From positions 1 through 64,000 of the forward strand of contig NIVC01002550.1 in the NCBI GenBank assembly GCA_002269645.1: DNA of 64,000 bases. Direction: 5' to 3'. The notes beneath the pieces were generated by a model. The model had not been told where the DNA came from. It ran no database searches and saw only the letters and a list, made by a program, of their open reading frames with translations. Positions 11,160 through 24,634 of this stretch are shown piece after piece. Position 1 is the stretch's first letter. Each line of letters begins with the position of its first letter. The translations under genes and the position numbers were made by a program. Source of the DNA: Macrostomum lignano. Lineage: Eukaryota.

Positions 11160-12651
11160 GGTGACGTCTTATAGTTTTGTGCTGCTAGCCGCAGCCCTGC
11201 TGCGTCTAGTAGCGGAGGTGCAATGCGGAGGAGTTCGCATCGCTCCTACTGTGAAGTTCAACAGCACCACGCTGACCGCGGTGAGCCTGTCCGAGGTCAC
11301 CCGCATGCTCGGCTGGATGAACAGAAGTGCCAATCCTTGTCAGGATTTCTATACGAATTCTCCTGCGGAAATTTCAACCAACAGGTGGGCTTCGACGCGT
11401 TAGGTAGTGTGCCGAGAGATCCGCTGCAGCTCGACCGCGACCCGTTTGAACTGATGAAGGTCAGCACGGATACTTTGACGTCTGAATCCATCGCTAGGAA
11501 CTTGTACGAACTCTTTGCTGGAGACGGCCTAATAGAAGACCATTGAACTGTTCAATTCCTGCGTAGACTGGCTATGCATGCATATCTTGGATTGGTCTGA
11601 TAGCTTAAAGGCTCGAACTGTAAAGACGCTGCTAGGACAGATTTTCGAATACTCCACACCCGTTAGTCAGGATCAGTGGACTGTGGAGTCTCTAATAGCC
11701 TTCCTCATCAAGTCTGATTTTGATGGTTTACTGGAAGCCGAAATCTCCTTTGATAAGCGCAGCTTGCTAACGGGTAGTTGGGATCCGAAATTTCAGGAGG
11801 GCTTTGCTAACTTATGTGTCGGCATCGACCAATACCCGGCTAGTGTAGAGCGGCTTAATTTCGACGAGATAATCAGTTATTTTACTAATAATTCAATACT
11901 TTAAACGGTTGATTTTGTTGGCTAAAGTGACAAGTTTCCAAGGATTATTGGTTCAGTTCGTCGGCACATCGATAATCAACATTTTGGCAGGCTTCTTGCC
12001 ATCGCTCTGCTAGGCAACAGGTATTATCAATTAGTGTCGACTTTGACTAGGCAACGATCGATATCTCGTCTCCAATCACAGCCGGGATCAAGGTGTTGAA
12101 TATGCAAGACGATGTGTTTCCTCTGCAAACAGCTATGTCGCCTTTCTATTCCCACTATCTGTCTGAGTACTTCGTCTATGGCAGTTTGAGTCTGTTTACC
12201 TTTGAAGCGGTCAGCCGAGTGTTGGACGAGATGGAGCAATCCAGTAAAAGTCTCTTGGGTGGCTTTCACAGATCCCAATGCTTTTTAAATGAGTGGAGAG
12301 TTTAGCCTGGCTGGTCAGTTAAGCGAAAATGAGCTAAAGGAAGCAATGTCTGACACAAATCACATTCGATTCGGTATCCAAGGCACTGATAGGCTACTGC
12401 TAGTGCTAGGCAATCGTTACAATCAGCTGTGGTTCAAGATGCCGTGTATTGAGCAGTTCAGACTGCAGCCAAAACAAGTGCACTATGTTCGTGCAGTGCA
12501 GAACTGGTGCTCCAAACGGATCGATGGTGCACCTTCGCCGGGTAGCCGAATCCGGGTTTATGTAATGATACTGAACAGCAACCTGTTCAAGGATGTGCTC
12601 GAGTGCAAAGCATGGTGTCCACAGGGAAGTGCAATTAGTCTAAATCAATAA
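11160..12651 (+). pseudogene. Intronless M13 (neprilysin/ECE-like) peptidase-like pseudogene lacking HExxH
   Basis: MNRSANPCQDFY/YEFSCG N-terminal motif; FPLQTAMSPFY...YGSL; C-terminal QNWC...SPGSRIRV...NSNLFKDVLEC...CPQGS. Frameshifts near 11350 (TA duplication), 11577 (ATGC duplication) and 12290; stops at 11544 and 11902. Confidence 0.7.
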
Positions 12652-13472
12652 ATAATTATAGATTTTAACTAATTGCAACAAAAAGTATTGAGTTGAAATT
12701 GAGATTTAGGGAAACAAAAAATGTTACAACTAGTCAAACCAGCTATTTCTAGTCTATCAAATTTAATTAACACCAATACTCCCAGATGCAGGATTCAATA
12801 GAAGAGACCTGTGAATCAATTTGAGATTTTCAAGTGCTTCATGTGAGATTAGGAAACAAAACAGGGCGAGAGATGAAGAATCCTGAGTGTGATTTAAGAT
12901 CCGAAGTACATTATTTCTGCAAGATGCGGTACGTATTGATTACCTAGCCAATAATCACTGATAACAAAGTACTCCGCTAACAGCGACGTTAAAGGCAGCC
13001 GAGAATGCAATGGACATAGTGTAGCGTCGGCAAAATATATCTATGCATGCATGCAAATCTATGAACATGCATATTGCTATGGGCGCTGCAAGTCCAGATG
13101 TGAATTGCAGGGATCGACACAAGCTTATTAGATTGGGATCCAGGTGTGAATCGGTGAGATGAATGGGGACACAGGTTTGAGGTTGAAGTACAGCCAGTCC
13201 GATGTAAATTGATGGCTCCGCTCCCGATCAAGGACTACTCAACTAGAACGGGAAACTAAATTTCTTGAAAACCTTAGGAGACAGGTATATTTTCAGCACG
13301 AAAATTGCTATTGCTTTGGATAGGAGGCAGGCCCAATATACATCTATTATTATGATATGCCTTTATTACATCTTTACGAGCGTATTGTTATTCTTAGAGC
13401 TTTTCGTTTATACTGGCAAAATGAGGATCATGTAACTGGCATGTAACAGTAGAATCATGTATCAGAAATGTA

Positions 13473-14379
13473 CGAGGGGCGTCCCAGAAGTAGTGTCACT
13501 TTTGCTTGCTTTCACAAGTATTAATGTATGTTTAAAAAATCATATGCCTTAAAAGTTAGCGGCTTATTTTAGCTTTCATGCCACGAAAGTCCAATTTTTA
13601 TAAGTGCTTCCTGCTGTGAGCAAGCATGCATTTGTTCGCATACTCTTAGCCATAGAAATACACACCGCATTGTGCTTCTATCCTCACCCAGAAGAAAGTC
13701 ACAAGTAGAGCTGATTATCTCTACTGGTAGAGCTGGCACATGCTTGGGGGCAACCTTGGGATTCACTCGGCTGTTTCTATTGGCAACACACACATGTTAT
13801 GATGTATGTCGCTATTGGACAGAATAGTAGTCACGTGACTGCTCTCAGCCAATAGCGACTTACATGTCTGTGTTGCCAATAGAAACGGCCGGGTGATTCC
13901 CAAGGTTGCGCACGTATGCTGCTGATTAGCTCTACCAGCCTCGAACTATTGGATCCATCTGTAAACCGTTCGTCGACTGATGGAATCGGGACCGTGAATG
14001 CGGGTCAGGTTTTTTTCGTGAATTTCAGAGCATTTTTGACTAAGACTCCAAAGTGTAAAAATTGCGTCTTTGCCCTTCTGTGGAGTGAAGGTTAGGGTCC
14101 ATGACAGGAACAAATATTGCAAGCTGCTGTCTTGCAAGTCTGTGCTTGATCAGCTGTACTTGTGGCTTTCTTCTGAGTGAGCATAGAAGCACTATGCGGT
14201 GTGTATTTCTATGGCCAAGGGTAACGCATGCTGCTCATAGCAGGAAGCACATAAAAATCGGACTTTCGTGGCATAAAAGCAAAAATAGGGCGCTAACTTT
14301 TAAGGCATATGATTTTTTAAACATACATTAATACTTGTCAAAGCAAACGAAAGTGGCACTACTTCTGGGACACCCCTCG
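13473..14379 (-). mobile_element. Internally deleted mariner element, TA TSD, long TIRs, transposase N-terminal HTH remnant
   Basis: ta|cgaggggcgtcccagaagtagtg...cactacttctgggacacccctcg|ta with about 235-bp arms; ORF 13946-14137(-) ...KDAIFTLWSLSQKCSEIHEKNLTRIHGPDSISRRTVYRWIQ resembles the mariner first HTH. Confidence 0.87.
13739..13918. mobile_element. Family B hAT-type MITE nested in the mariner element, CpG-intact copy
   Basis: Colinear with 1109-1280; right end gttgcgcacgtatg resembles the family A TIR; no clean TSD seen. Confidence 0.7.
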
Positions 14380-15609
14380 TAGTGCGGTGATTATGTAGAA
14401 ATGTCAATTTTCAAAAATATAAAAAATATCTTATTTATGTATGTGTGCCAAATGAAAGAAGAAGTGCGTATGCGAATTTTTGAAACTCGCCTATTTCGGT
14501 CGATTAAAAAAAGAAACAATGTTGCACGAAATAAGATGGCCTGCAGCACTGTAAAATATCGATCGATTAAGACGCACTTCAATCTGTTTCAGATGGCAAA
14601 ATGACAACTGCTGTAGCACAGGTATGACACCGAAAGTGCTTTCTGTTGCAAATAAAAACAATTAGATTTGCTGGGCACTTTCGGCTCTAATGACTGTGCA
14701 ATGATTGACAGGAAATAAAACTAGAACAAAGCCAGAACGCGCGCAAGATGTTTTATCCAGCACAAATTCCCAATAGCGTGCGCATTGGTCAGCATTAGCG
14801 ACACCATAAATTATAATTGACTTGCTGTCAAGTGGACACAAACAGAGCGCTAAACAGTTAAGCATTAATTAACACAATAATAAATTCTGGGCCTGCTAGT
14901 ACACAATTTATCAATATGATTAATTATTAAATATTAGATCCAGCAACAGTATAATATATGTATATAGAGGCTATCAAGGGGCGGAGACATTCGGGAGGCA
15001 CAGGAAAGGAGTTAATAAACAAACAAACGAATGAAATTAACAGGAACAGCATTTTAAATATGGCAGAAGCATCGAGCAAGTCACACAGAGCACAGACCCT
15101 CATCATCATAGATAAACATTCATCAGTCATAACCCAATAACTTGACACAAGAAATAAACCCAAAACCGAGTGTTTAAAAAGCTGGCAAAAATCATTTAGC
15201 AAATTTTCGGCTAGCGACAGAAAAACGCAACAGCAAACAACAAGAAGCACAATGTCGATAGAAATCTCTGGAGTCACACAAAACGGTTCGAGGAAGTTAA
15301 GACAAAGATGGAACACGGACAGGAGATAACAGGGAACTTTGAACTAACAAATTATAATCGCAGAATGGCACAGGCTGCAGCTGGGAGAAGTGGCAGCACA
15401 ATGCCGATTGGGTCAACAGGCGGCAAGAGGCACCGCACAAGTGCAGCGCCGACATTGCAACGGCCTGTGGTGACCAAAATTTATCTAAAGATACGGACTC
15501 AGACTGGGCTAAAAATAGGCGGAGACGGCGATACTATTGTATCGGACACGGCACTGGGCACGCACACAACGACAGCAGACAAAGGAGTCAATTGGTCTGG
15601 CCTGGCGGA

Positions 15610-18600
15610 CTACTCAGCAACCTGGGGCAGCTTGTCAATGCGAATGCGTTCCACCTTGATGGGGAATTCCAGCGTCTCCTCTACGAAATCCTGCGCGTTG
15701 CTGTCCAGCTCATCCGTGTCCACGCCTGTGGTGTCAGGTGGTTCAGGGGTCAGTGCGGCATTGGCGGCTCTTTGTAGGCCTTCAAAATCCTTCAGTGCCT
15801 GCTGCCCCTCCCCTCAGATCCTTCAGTGCCTGCTGCCCCTCCCCTCAGATCCTTCAGTGGCTGCTGCCCCTCCCCTCAGATTCTTCAGTGGCTGCTGCCC
15901 CTCCCCTCAGATCCTTCAGTGGCTGCGGCCCCTCTCCTCAGATCCTTCAGTGGCTGCTGCCCCTCCCTTCAGATCCTTCAGTGGCTGCTGCCCCTCTCCT
16001 CAGATTCTTCAGTGGCTGCTGCCCCTCCCCTCAGATCCTTCAGTGGCTGCGGCCCCTCCCCTCAGATCCTTCAGTGGCTGCTGCCCCTCCCTTCAGATCC
16101 TTCAGTGCCTGCTGCCCCTCCCCTCAGATCCTTCAGTGCCTGCTGCCCCTCCCCTCAGATCCTTCAGTGGCTGCTGCCCCTCCCCTCAGATCCTTCAGTG
16201 CCTGCTGCCCCTCCCCTCAGATCCTTCAGTGCCTGCTGCCCCTCCCCTCAGATCCTTCAGTGGCTGCTGCCCCTCCTTAAGACCTCAACTTACCTCTCAG
16301 CTCCAAGCGTTTCTGCTTCTCGCCGCGGAACTTCTCGAGCAACTTGGCACGCCATTTCTCGTACTCGGTCTTGAGTCGGGCGCGTTTCTCGAGCAGCTCT
16401 TTGCTGGCGCGAGTGGAGGACTGCAGATCCTCTTTCTCGAACCGGCGACTGTAGGTCTTCATGTTCTTCTTGATGTTCTGAGAATTGGTTGTTTGAAATA
16501 TTTACAAATGAAGAATTAAATTTTAGCTTTGAAAGCCGATTTCTAAATGTTATGTTTTAACATCTTCAATCAGAATAGATTTAGTATAATGTTGTCTTCA
16601 GCTTTTTTAAACAGAAGCAGAACTGGATGCATCATTTTAAAAGTACACTTTCAAAAACACAATAGGAATTGAACGCTCCGTTGAAAACGGTACCCAAGCC
16701 AAGAATAATCGTATTTGTGGCGTGCCAAGAGTCGCGTGATGAATCAAGAGTCACCTCTCTAGCAGAGTACAGCGCCAACACAACGATTCTTGAACGACTC
16801 TTTTACGATTCTGCAACTCATGTGACGCGCTTTGAGTTGCTAAAAAGTCACAAGAATCGCCCTAGGGTCGCTAGAGTCACTAGTGAGTTGTTTGCAAGGA
16901 CTTTTAGCGACTTTTAGCGACTGTGTCACGGTATTGCTTTCAACGGGTGTGCAGGACAATTCCCAGGTTCAGCAGAATGACAGATCGCCTTGCTAATTAA
17001 TTACCTTAATCTGCTCATCAGACAGCAGAGTAGGCGGCCTCGGTCGCCAAGCGAACTGACAGATTCGCTCCAACTTGTTCAGCTTGTACAGCAGAGTGCC
17101 GTGCGAAGAGTACACGTGACTAGCATTGTCAACTTTTACGTGCCAGAATGACACGGTGGTAACAACGTAGCGCCCAGTTGGATCCCACTCAATATCGGTG
17201 GCGCCGAAGTGCTCCTGATTGGCCGTGGTCTTCATGTCGGAGGTGTCGATAAACTCCAGGCCGCCATTGGCAGATCTGAGGCCAGCCAGGACAACGTGCT
17301 GACCAATAGGCGACCAGCTGATCGTGTTGACATTGCGCTTCTCCAGCACTTTCACCTTCTCGATGTCGTGCGCGTTCACCTGATAAAATACAACGGACAG
17401 GCCTTTGCTAGCGATGCCCTGCACCATGGCGAACTTGCTGCCGTGCGGCTCCCAGGTGAAGCAGGAGACGGCGTCCGTGACTTCAATTTTTTCAACTGGG
17501 ATGTTCTTTTCGCGCATACGGAACACCTCGAAGTTGGTGTAGATGTTGATGTACTTGGGCGTATTGTCAGCGTCCAGCTTCTTCTTTGTGTAGCGGTTGA
17601 CGCGTACACACAGATAGTTGCCCTGAAGGTGTTAAATCACGGGGTGAGGTACATGCAGACAGGAATGTTTAGATAATGAAAACACTAGTCATTATTGGTG
17701 CCTATTTAGCAGGGCTATGGGACATTTAAGGGCGATTTTTATCAGATTGGGGATATTTAATGGCGATTTTATCAGATTGGGGATATTTAATGGCGAATTT
17801 ATCAGATGGGGGACATTTATTGGCGATTTTATCAGATTGGGGATATTTAATGGCGATTTTATCAGATGGGGGACATTGAATGGCGATTTTATCAGATGGG
17901 GGACATTTAATGGCGATTTTATCAGATGGGGGACATTTATTGGCGATTTATTAGATTGGGGACATTTATTGGCGATTTTATCAGATTGGGGATATTTAAT
18001 GGCGATTTTATCAGATGGGGGACATTGAATGGCGATTTTATCAGATTGGGGATATTTAATGGCGATTTTATCAGATGGGGGACATTGAATGGCGATTTTA
18101 TCAGATGGGGGACATTTAAGGGCGACTTTATCAGACGAAGACATTTTAAGGGAGATTTCAGAAGATGGGGACATTTAAGGGCGATTTCGCACGCATCAGG
18201 AGAGGCTATCAAAAGTACAAAAGCGCAAACAAACCTGCGGATGCCAGTGCATTCTGCAATCGGCCACATTAAACAGCATCTTAGTAGCCACCTCTCGTTT
18301 CTCTGGCATAGTCATTAGAATAACCCTGGCGGGCTGGTTGTCCGTTTCGGCAATCCAATAGGCCAGGATATTGTCAGTAGGAGACCAGCTCAGATCCTGC
18401 ACGTCCTGCACACTGATGGATTTCTTATCTAGCAGAGAGAAACTCGGGGTCTCAAACACCTGCAGCGCTTTGCCCGTTTGCACTCTGGCAAAGAATTCGC
18501 CCTTGTGGCTCCATTTAAATACGGGCCACTTGGCCGCCTGTTCGTGCAGGAAACTGCGCTTCATCTTGCCAGTGTCAACTTCGAACATCTTGATGGCGTG

Positions 18601-19841
18601 AGGATCCTCCTTAGTCACGCTTGGACTGAAGGTTACCAGGTACCTGCGGAGGTAAAAAAGCGATAGTTAATAGAAAGCTTAATATCAACATTTGAATGTG
18701 ATTTCAATTTCTAACAACTTCAACGCGTTTCGCACGCCATGGTGCATCGTCAGGATTTTATTAGAACGATTTGAGAAATTGAGATTGAAAGCTATTGATT
18801 AAATATTGGTTTTTGCAACGTACAGGTAAGGAGGGTAAGAATGAAAACAATTGATTACAACTTGGCTTTAACAACATACATAGGTATAGTAGGTAGGAGA
18901 GAGAATTATAGATTGAGAATGAAAGTTAAACCAAATGTACACAATTCTGCCTTTTGACCACTAGACAAGAAGGTGAGAGTTCATGACAGGGACTCAAGGA
19001 TAGCTAAAGGTCAGCGTATATGACAGGGAATCAAGGACAGTTTTAAAGGTCAGTTTGTGAGAGGGACTCGAGGACAACTAAAGGTGAGAGTGTGACAGGG
19101 ATTCAAGGACAGAAGCTCCGGGTTTATGAAGGACTAAATTTCAGTTTAAAGAAGCAAATTTAAGTACGCACCTCTCGCAGGGCGAAAAATCAATAATCTG
19201 CACATTTTTATGCTGAAATCGATTAATCTGCTCGAACTTCTCGCCACCCCACAGAGCGATGCCCTTAGTATGGTAGGTGGCCAGATAGGTACCCAGCGGT
19301 GACCAGTGCAGCCGGCTCTCAGTCCAGTTATTTCTAGTGGCCGAATCCACTGGCTGCGGATCGCCAGGCCAGTGCCAGTAGATGGTGGCAACGCTGCCAG
19401 CGGTGTGCAGCACGCCGAACTGATCGTGACAGCGGTCCTCGCGCAGCCAGGAGCGCAGGTCGCCTCGATCAACAAACGGCGCTTTCTCTGGCGGCTTCCA
19501 TTCGTCGTCGGCGTCGGCTAGACGATTGAAGTCGGAAAACTTGAACACGTTGAGCGTGTGCATTTTGTCCAATGAGGCGCCTTGAATATCGGTTAAGGCG
19601 TCCAAGGCCTGCTGGTCAGTTTGAAAGCAGCATAGGGCAAAGCCTAGGCTATTGCCATTCTCATCTGTAGGCATGCTAAACTTGACCACTTCGCCATGCT
19701 TGTCCAAGAATTTGTCACGAATGAATACTTGCAAGCGTTCGATTCTGGCTGAATCAACAATTGGTAGGCCGGATAGTACCAATGCATTGTTAATAGCTTT
19801 CTTCTCCTGGGGCTTCTCAGCTAGGATGTCGCCTAGGAGCT
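15610..19841 (-). CDS. EIF3B: Eukaryotic translation initiation factor 3 subunit B, exons 2-6 (19172-19841, 18235-18643, 17005-17622, 16294-16477, 15610-15725)
   Basis: RRM (ELLGDIL..KP...) and beta-propeller motifs WTES..HWSPLGTYLATYHTKGIALWGGEKF, FSPCERYLVTFSP, FAWRPRPPTLLS, C-terminal GVDTDELDSN. All GT-AG with consistent phases; total CDS with exon 1 is 2079 nt (692 aa). Confidence 0.95.
15786..16276. repeat. 31-bp minisatellite (family S31), about 16 copies, EIF3B intron 5
   Basis: Unit cagatccttcagtg(c/g)ctgctgcccctcccct. Confidence 0.95.
17718..18188. repeat. 30-bp minisatellite, EIF3B intron 3
   Basis: Unit ggcgattttatcagat(t/g)gggga(t/c)atttaat. Confidence 0.93.
18972..19115. repeat. 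Degenerate ~38-bp repeat, about 4 copies, EIF3B intron 2
   Basis: Recurring aaaggt(c/g)ag...tgacaggga(a/c/t)tcaaggac. Confidence 0.65.
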
Positions 19842-20430
19842 CTAGACGTGCATGGAGAGATAAGAAGTTTAATGATATTTATTCAAGGTAGAGCCATTTT
19901 ACTACCTAATAAAGGGATATTATTAATTAAAATATTCATATTTGATATTATTTCAGAATTGAACTGGTTCTATCAGATATTCAATCTAATAGAATTAGTT
20001 TAAAAAAGTCATTTTATCCCATTTCTAGTAGGCATAGTATGGCATATTGGCATAGTCTAGTGTAGGAAAAGGGGATATCTGACTTAGTTTAGTAGACTGG
20101 CTACAATAAGGGCCCAATTAAAAACCTTTTTTACAATGCTAAATTATGTTTACTATAACAAGAAAAGGGACTAAAAACAATGCTATTAACAAAAAACAAA
20201 TTATCATATCTAATAGGCAAAATGCCTAAATAAAGTATTAAAAAATTAAGATATAAAAATAAGTATTACAATATCTAAGAAGAGTATTATGAACAATAGA
20301 AAGGTTTTACACTACATTTTAACAACCTTTATTTAGCACTATATGCCATTGCTATCTCTGACTAATTTGAACACTTTGCTGCTACTAGCAAATCTGAGAA
20401 AACAGTTGCTGACTACTTTATTATTGAAAA

Positions 20431-20906
20431 TAGGGGGCACCCAGTCCTGGGCATGGGCCTGAAAAGCTGGGAATCACGACCAAAATCGTGGCCTGACCCC
20501 GACCTTAAAAAAGTTGGGAAATTGAGACAAGTCTTTTTCACTAAAGGCACTAACTGCATGCGAATATTTGAATATTAAGTCTTATAATGTAACTCTTGTC
20601 TATTCTTAAGTCTTAACTAATATATTAAATAATAATAATATTTATTATATATTTAATATATATTTAATATATATTTAATTTAATGTAATTTAATTCATTT
20701 ATATATTTATCAATAATTTATTTAAATATTAAAATATATTAATTTTATAATATATTTTATTTATATATTTAATTTAATTTAATATTTGATGATTTTTTTT
20801 CCAATTATTGAGCTATCCTAAAGATCTTGTCTTGAATTCCTCAGGCCCAACCTAGGCCCGAGTCCTCATTCCTGGGCCCAACTTTGGCCATCCCAGTTGC
20901 CCCCTA
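20431..20906. mobile_element. hAT-type MITE
   Basis: tagggggca...tgcccccta termini; 8-bp TSD attgaaaa (20423-20430, 20907-20914); subterminal motifs resemble 33272-33658. Confidence 0.8.
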
Positions 20907-21309
20907 ATTGAAAATGCTACACTTTAGTCTACTATTGCTATGCAGTATTCTTTAGCAACACAAGACTAACCAAACATGTTTATCTCAAACATACAAATTA
21001 AGACCCAAGTTGTAGGCTCCAACTATTTAGAAACACAGTTTAGCATAGTCTTCATATGATATTGCAATGTTATACTAGTGTATTCTTAGTTATTAATTGT
21101 AAGCTTACTAGTAATTAATTAACTAAAAATGTATTTCTGTATGTGTGCACTATACTAGGTAGTTTGTTTGCAATCTCATGTGTGGCTAGAATAGTAGGGT
21201 CTGGGCAGTCAGGCCAACCACCCTTTCTTTTGTTCTAGGGTCCATAAACATGTCTTACAAAGAGCCCAATTATATGATCTGGCTTATTACAATGGCAATG
21301 AGCTTTGCA

Positions 21310-21640
21310 CTGAGTGAAATTCCAATTCTTACTGCCAATACCAATATTGAGGTCTGGCTAAAACACCTTGACCATTACTTAACCTATAAGGAAGTGAAGG
21401 AAAAAGCTAAAGTGGCCATACTTGTCATTGCCATCAATAAAGAGGCATATAACATGTTGAGAAACCTGTCTACCTATACCTGCCAAAGTATCCAACAAGT
21501 CTTTGGCCCATTTGACTAAGATTCTGGAGGACCACTACACACTAGCCATCTGAGTTGGCAATCAGATTTCAGTTCCAGAGACATTTGCAGCAGCTTAGTG
21601 GGAGCCTAGCTAGGTTTATTGCCAGCCTGAAAGCCTTGTT
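21310..21640 (+). mobile_element. Decayed Ty3/Gypsy gag N-terminal remnant
   Basis: EVWLKHLDHYL...KVAILVIAINKEAYNMLRNL, then in a shifted frame LTKILEDHY...SELAIRFQFQRHLQQLSGSLARFIASLKAL, resembling Gypsy gag; frameshifted. Confidence 0.6.
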
Positions 21641-21906
21641 AATCCTACCATTAACTTGCTATAGGAGAAAGTTATTTCCCTTAAAGCAGTGGAGAAGTCA
21701 TCATTGAAGATGGCATAGAATTTATTAATACAGGTGGCCTAGCTACGAGTGTATTAATAGAACAAATGCCAAGGAAAGGATCTAAGCTAATACTTGAAGG
21801 TTTGAAATAGCACAAAGGCAATGGCAAGACCAATGTAAAGTTAGTATGCAAATATGGAACAGATTTGCATACTAAAATTTGGATGCAGATTACTGTTTTT
21901 TAGAAT

Positions 21907-22127
21907 CATACATGCGCAACTGCTGGCCAACCTGGCTGATCTGGCCACCGTAAATTGTGGTGGACCAAGGGTAAGTTGCAAAAATGCCCAGCCTAAAGAA
22001 TACAGACATAGTACTAATTATATGATAAGGCATTTAGCCCTTATAAGACAGTCATAGTAACTCTTGCCATTTACCCAAAATTGTGTTAGGGTTTCTTTTA
22101 CAGGTAAGTTGCATTTTTGGTCAAAAA
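21907..22127 (+). mobile_element. Family A hAT MITE, 3'-truncated, transition-decayed
   Basis: Starts catacatgcgcaac; colinear with the reverse complement of 24368-24634. Confidence 0.82.
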
Positions 22128-22820
22128 GTGTGCAGAATCAATGTGGATATAAATAGCAAATGCAAAAAACTCCAAATTTAGTTTTGACAAAACATTCATT
22201 TGTATTTTTGCTTTATTTTTGTTTCTGTTTATTTTAAGAAAAAATGTTTTCATTCAAAATGATCATGAAAATTGATAGAAAATTGTTTTTTTCTATTTTC
22301 AAAAAGCCAATCATGACAAGGAAATCATCAAGAGATTTACATGTACAGAATCTGCCCATTTGTGACCTAGAAGACTACCCAGGCATGGCATAGAAGCCCA
22401 GGCATAGAAGACCACCCAGATTTAACCATGTCAGAATTCTACTCTACATAATGGTTTTTATAATCCTAGTCATAAGGAAAATGATGTCAACAACATCCCA
22501 TTGAAAAATAAAATAGAACAAGTTCAAGTGATAGAATTTAGCTTTGAACTAATTGAGAACCATATTGAAATTTTTATCAGGCCTTTTTGTATTAAGTTCA
22601 TTTTCAACTTTTATACATAAAAGTTATGTATACTCAAAAAAATTATAAAAATGCTTTAAATGTTTCATTTTAAATGGACCTATTTTGATATAAAGATTTA
22701 TCCATCTAGTTACCTTAATTGTAGCTAATTACTTTTGATTAGCTAGTCAATAACCTCCTATTCAAGGTTTGCAATGATATTGATTTAGGTTTGCCAGGAT
22801 CTATCAATTATATTTATAGA

Positions 22821-23225
22821 TATGGCAGACCAAGACTGCTATACTTTTTATTGGTCAAGCTTAGAATAGAGGTTCCCAAATCACTGCTTTCCTATTAGCT
22901 AAAGAATTAAATAGTCAAGGAAAGGATTATGTATATAGAAGGTTAACAAAGGAATTTTTGCATAGATCTTCCTATTTCCAAACAGTTTACAAGCTAAGCT
23001 AAAAAATAAAACTATACTTTTATTAGAACTAATTTGTTTCTATATAGCAAAAAAGCAAAGATTTACAGAATGATTTGTATAATTCTAGTTAAGTTAAAAA
23101 ATACAAATGTTGGCTAAAGAAACACAAAGCAAAATGATTTATATCTAGCCAAAAAGAAAGCAATGATTTGGGAACCCCCAATTCTTAGCTTGACCAATAA
23201 GTATAGTTGGTCTTAGTCTGTGGTA
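22821..23225. mobile_element. TA-flanked MITE (Tc1/mariner-like) with ~70-bp imperfect TIRs
   Basis: Left tatggcagaccaagac...ttattggtcaagc..agaat...ggttcccaaatca.tgctttc is inverted at about 23155-23225. Confidence 0.62.
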
Positions 23226-23974
23226 GTCTTAGACTCACACAGTATTTCTATTTAAATACCTTATTAATTAATAATCTCCAAGCTTATTCAAACTTAATCC
23301 TTAGTCAAACTTAGACTTAGACAAAGTTGACCTAGTTTTAATGTCTATCTTTATAAGCAAAGTTTTGAATCTATTAGGTTGTAAGTGCTTTAGCTTTGTG
23401 GTTTTCATCTTACTTGACCTTATAAACTTATAAACTAACTCATAGATAGTTCAGGTTGTCTAAACTATAGATTGTTAATTATTTAGTTAGGATAAAGCAT
23501 CATCAACCAAACAAGGGATCTCTATACCAAACAAAGATATGGGTTTAAAAAGCTATAAGACCAATTAAGACCAATCTAATTACTAACCATTGTAATCATT
23601 TCAAACTTGATATCTTCTAAAAGTAATCTTTGTTTTAGTGACTTCTGACTTAAGGCTATTTAAAAATAGATCAATATCTATAATTTATATATAATTCTAA
23701 AATAGTAAATTTGTAGGATTCACATCTATAAAATTTCTAGAATACACAAATATACAAAACAAGTCTTCAAACCCAGTCAATGAAACTAGTCTTAAAATGT
23801 TCTAAAATGGTAACTTGTACATAGAAAAACAAGAATAGCAACATGCATAGTGTGTAGCTATATCTTAAAAAATGTATATATGCCCTGCCTTAGGCACATG
23901 CTCCTATATTTTGGCATGTTGCAGGTTGCTGGGATATGAATCTAACTTTAAGCTTAGCAATGCCCATTGTATTA

Positions 23975-24305
23975 AGAAGAATCTAAGGCCACTAAAGAGG
24001 CCACTGATAACAAGCCACTAGTGCTAGATCTTAGCAATTATCAAAACCAATTACAAGAGGCCACCAATGCTAGCCACTAGTGCCAGATCTTGACAATCAT
24101 TAGAACCCATTGCCAGAGGCTACCAATCACTAGCCACTAGTGTCAGATCCTAGCAATCATCAGAACCAATCGCGAATAACCACCAATCATTAGCCATAAG
24201 TGCCAGTGCCAGATCCTAGCAATCAGCAGAAACAATTGCCAGAGGCCACTAATTGCCAGCCACTGATGCCAGATCTTGGAAATCATTAGAAATAATCAAC
24301 TGATG
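23975..24305. repeat. Degenerate ~60-bp tandem repeat, about 5 copies
   Basis: agccactagtg recurs near 24013, 24072, 24132 and 24192. Confidence 0.7.
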
Positions 24306-24367
24306 CCAGGGTATCTCCTAGCAATGTGCAAACATTAACTGGTTAAGATTGGACAATTTGTGACATT

Positions 24368-24634
24368 CATACATGCGCAACCCCCCTGATTTACACTGGC
24401 CATGCGACTTACTTTTTGACCAAAAATGCAACTTACCTGTAAAAGAAAACCCTAACGCAATTTTGGGTAAACGGCAGGAGTAACTATGACTGTCTTATAA
24501 GGTATAAATGCCTCGTCATCTAATTAGTGCTATGTCTGTATTCTTCAGGCTGGGAATTTTTGCGACTTACCCCTGGTCCACCACAATTTACGGTGGCCAG
24601 ATCGGCCAGGTCGGCCAGCAGTTGCGCATGTATG
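24368..24634 (-). mobile_element. Family A hAT MITE, complete, CpG-retaining
   Basis: TIR catacatgcgcaac/gttgcgcatgtatg; 8-bp TSD gtgacatt (24360-24367, 24635-24642). Confidence 0.88.

Noticed and set aside
15308-16519. 403-aa ORF and overlapping [10 protein letters not shown]-type ORFs (also at 36.6, 41.1-41.9 and 44.4 kb)
   Set aside because: Artefacts of the stop-free strand of 27-31 bp minisatellites; at 15.3 and 44.4 kb they are antisense to EIF3B and PWP1.
16674-16952. Possible MITE in EIF3B intron 4 (ccgttgaaa...tttcaacgg)
   Set aside because: The inverted match is short and imperfect, and no TSD was identified.
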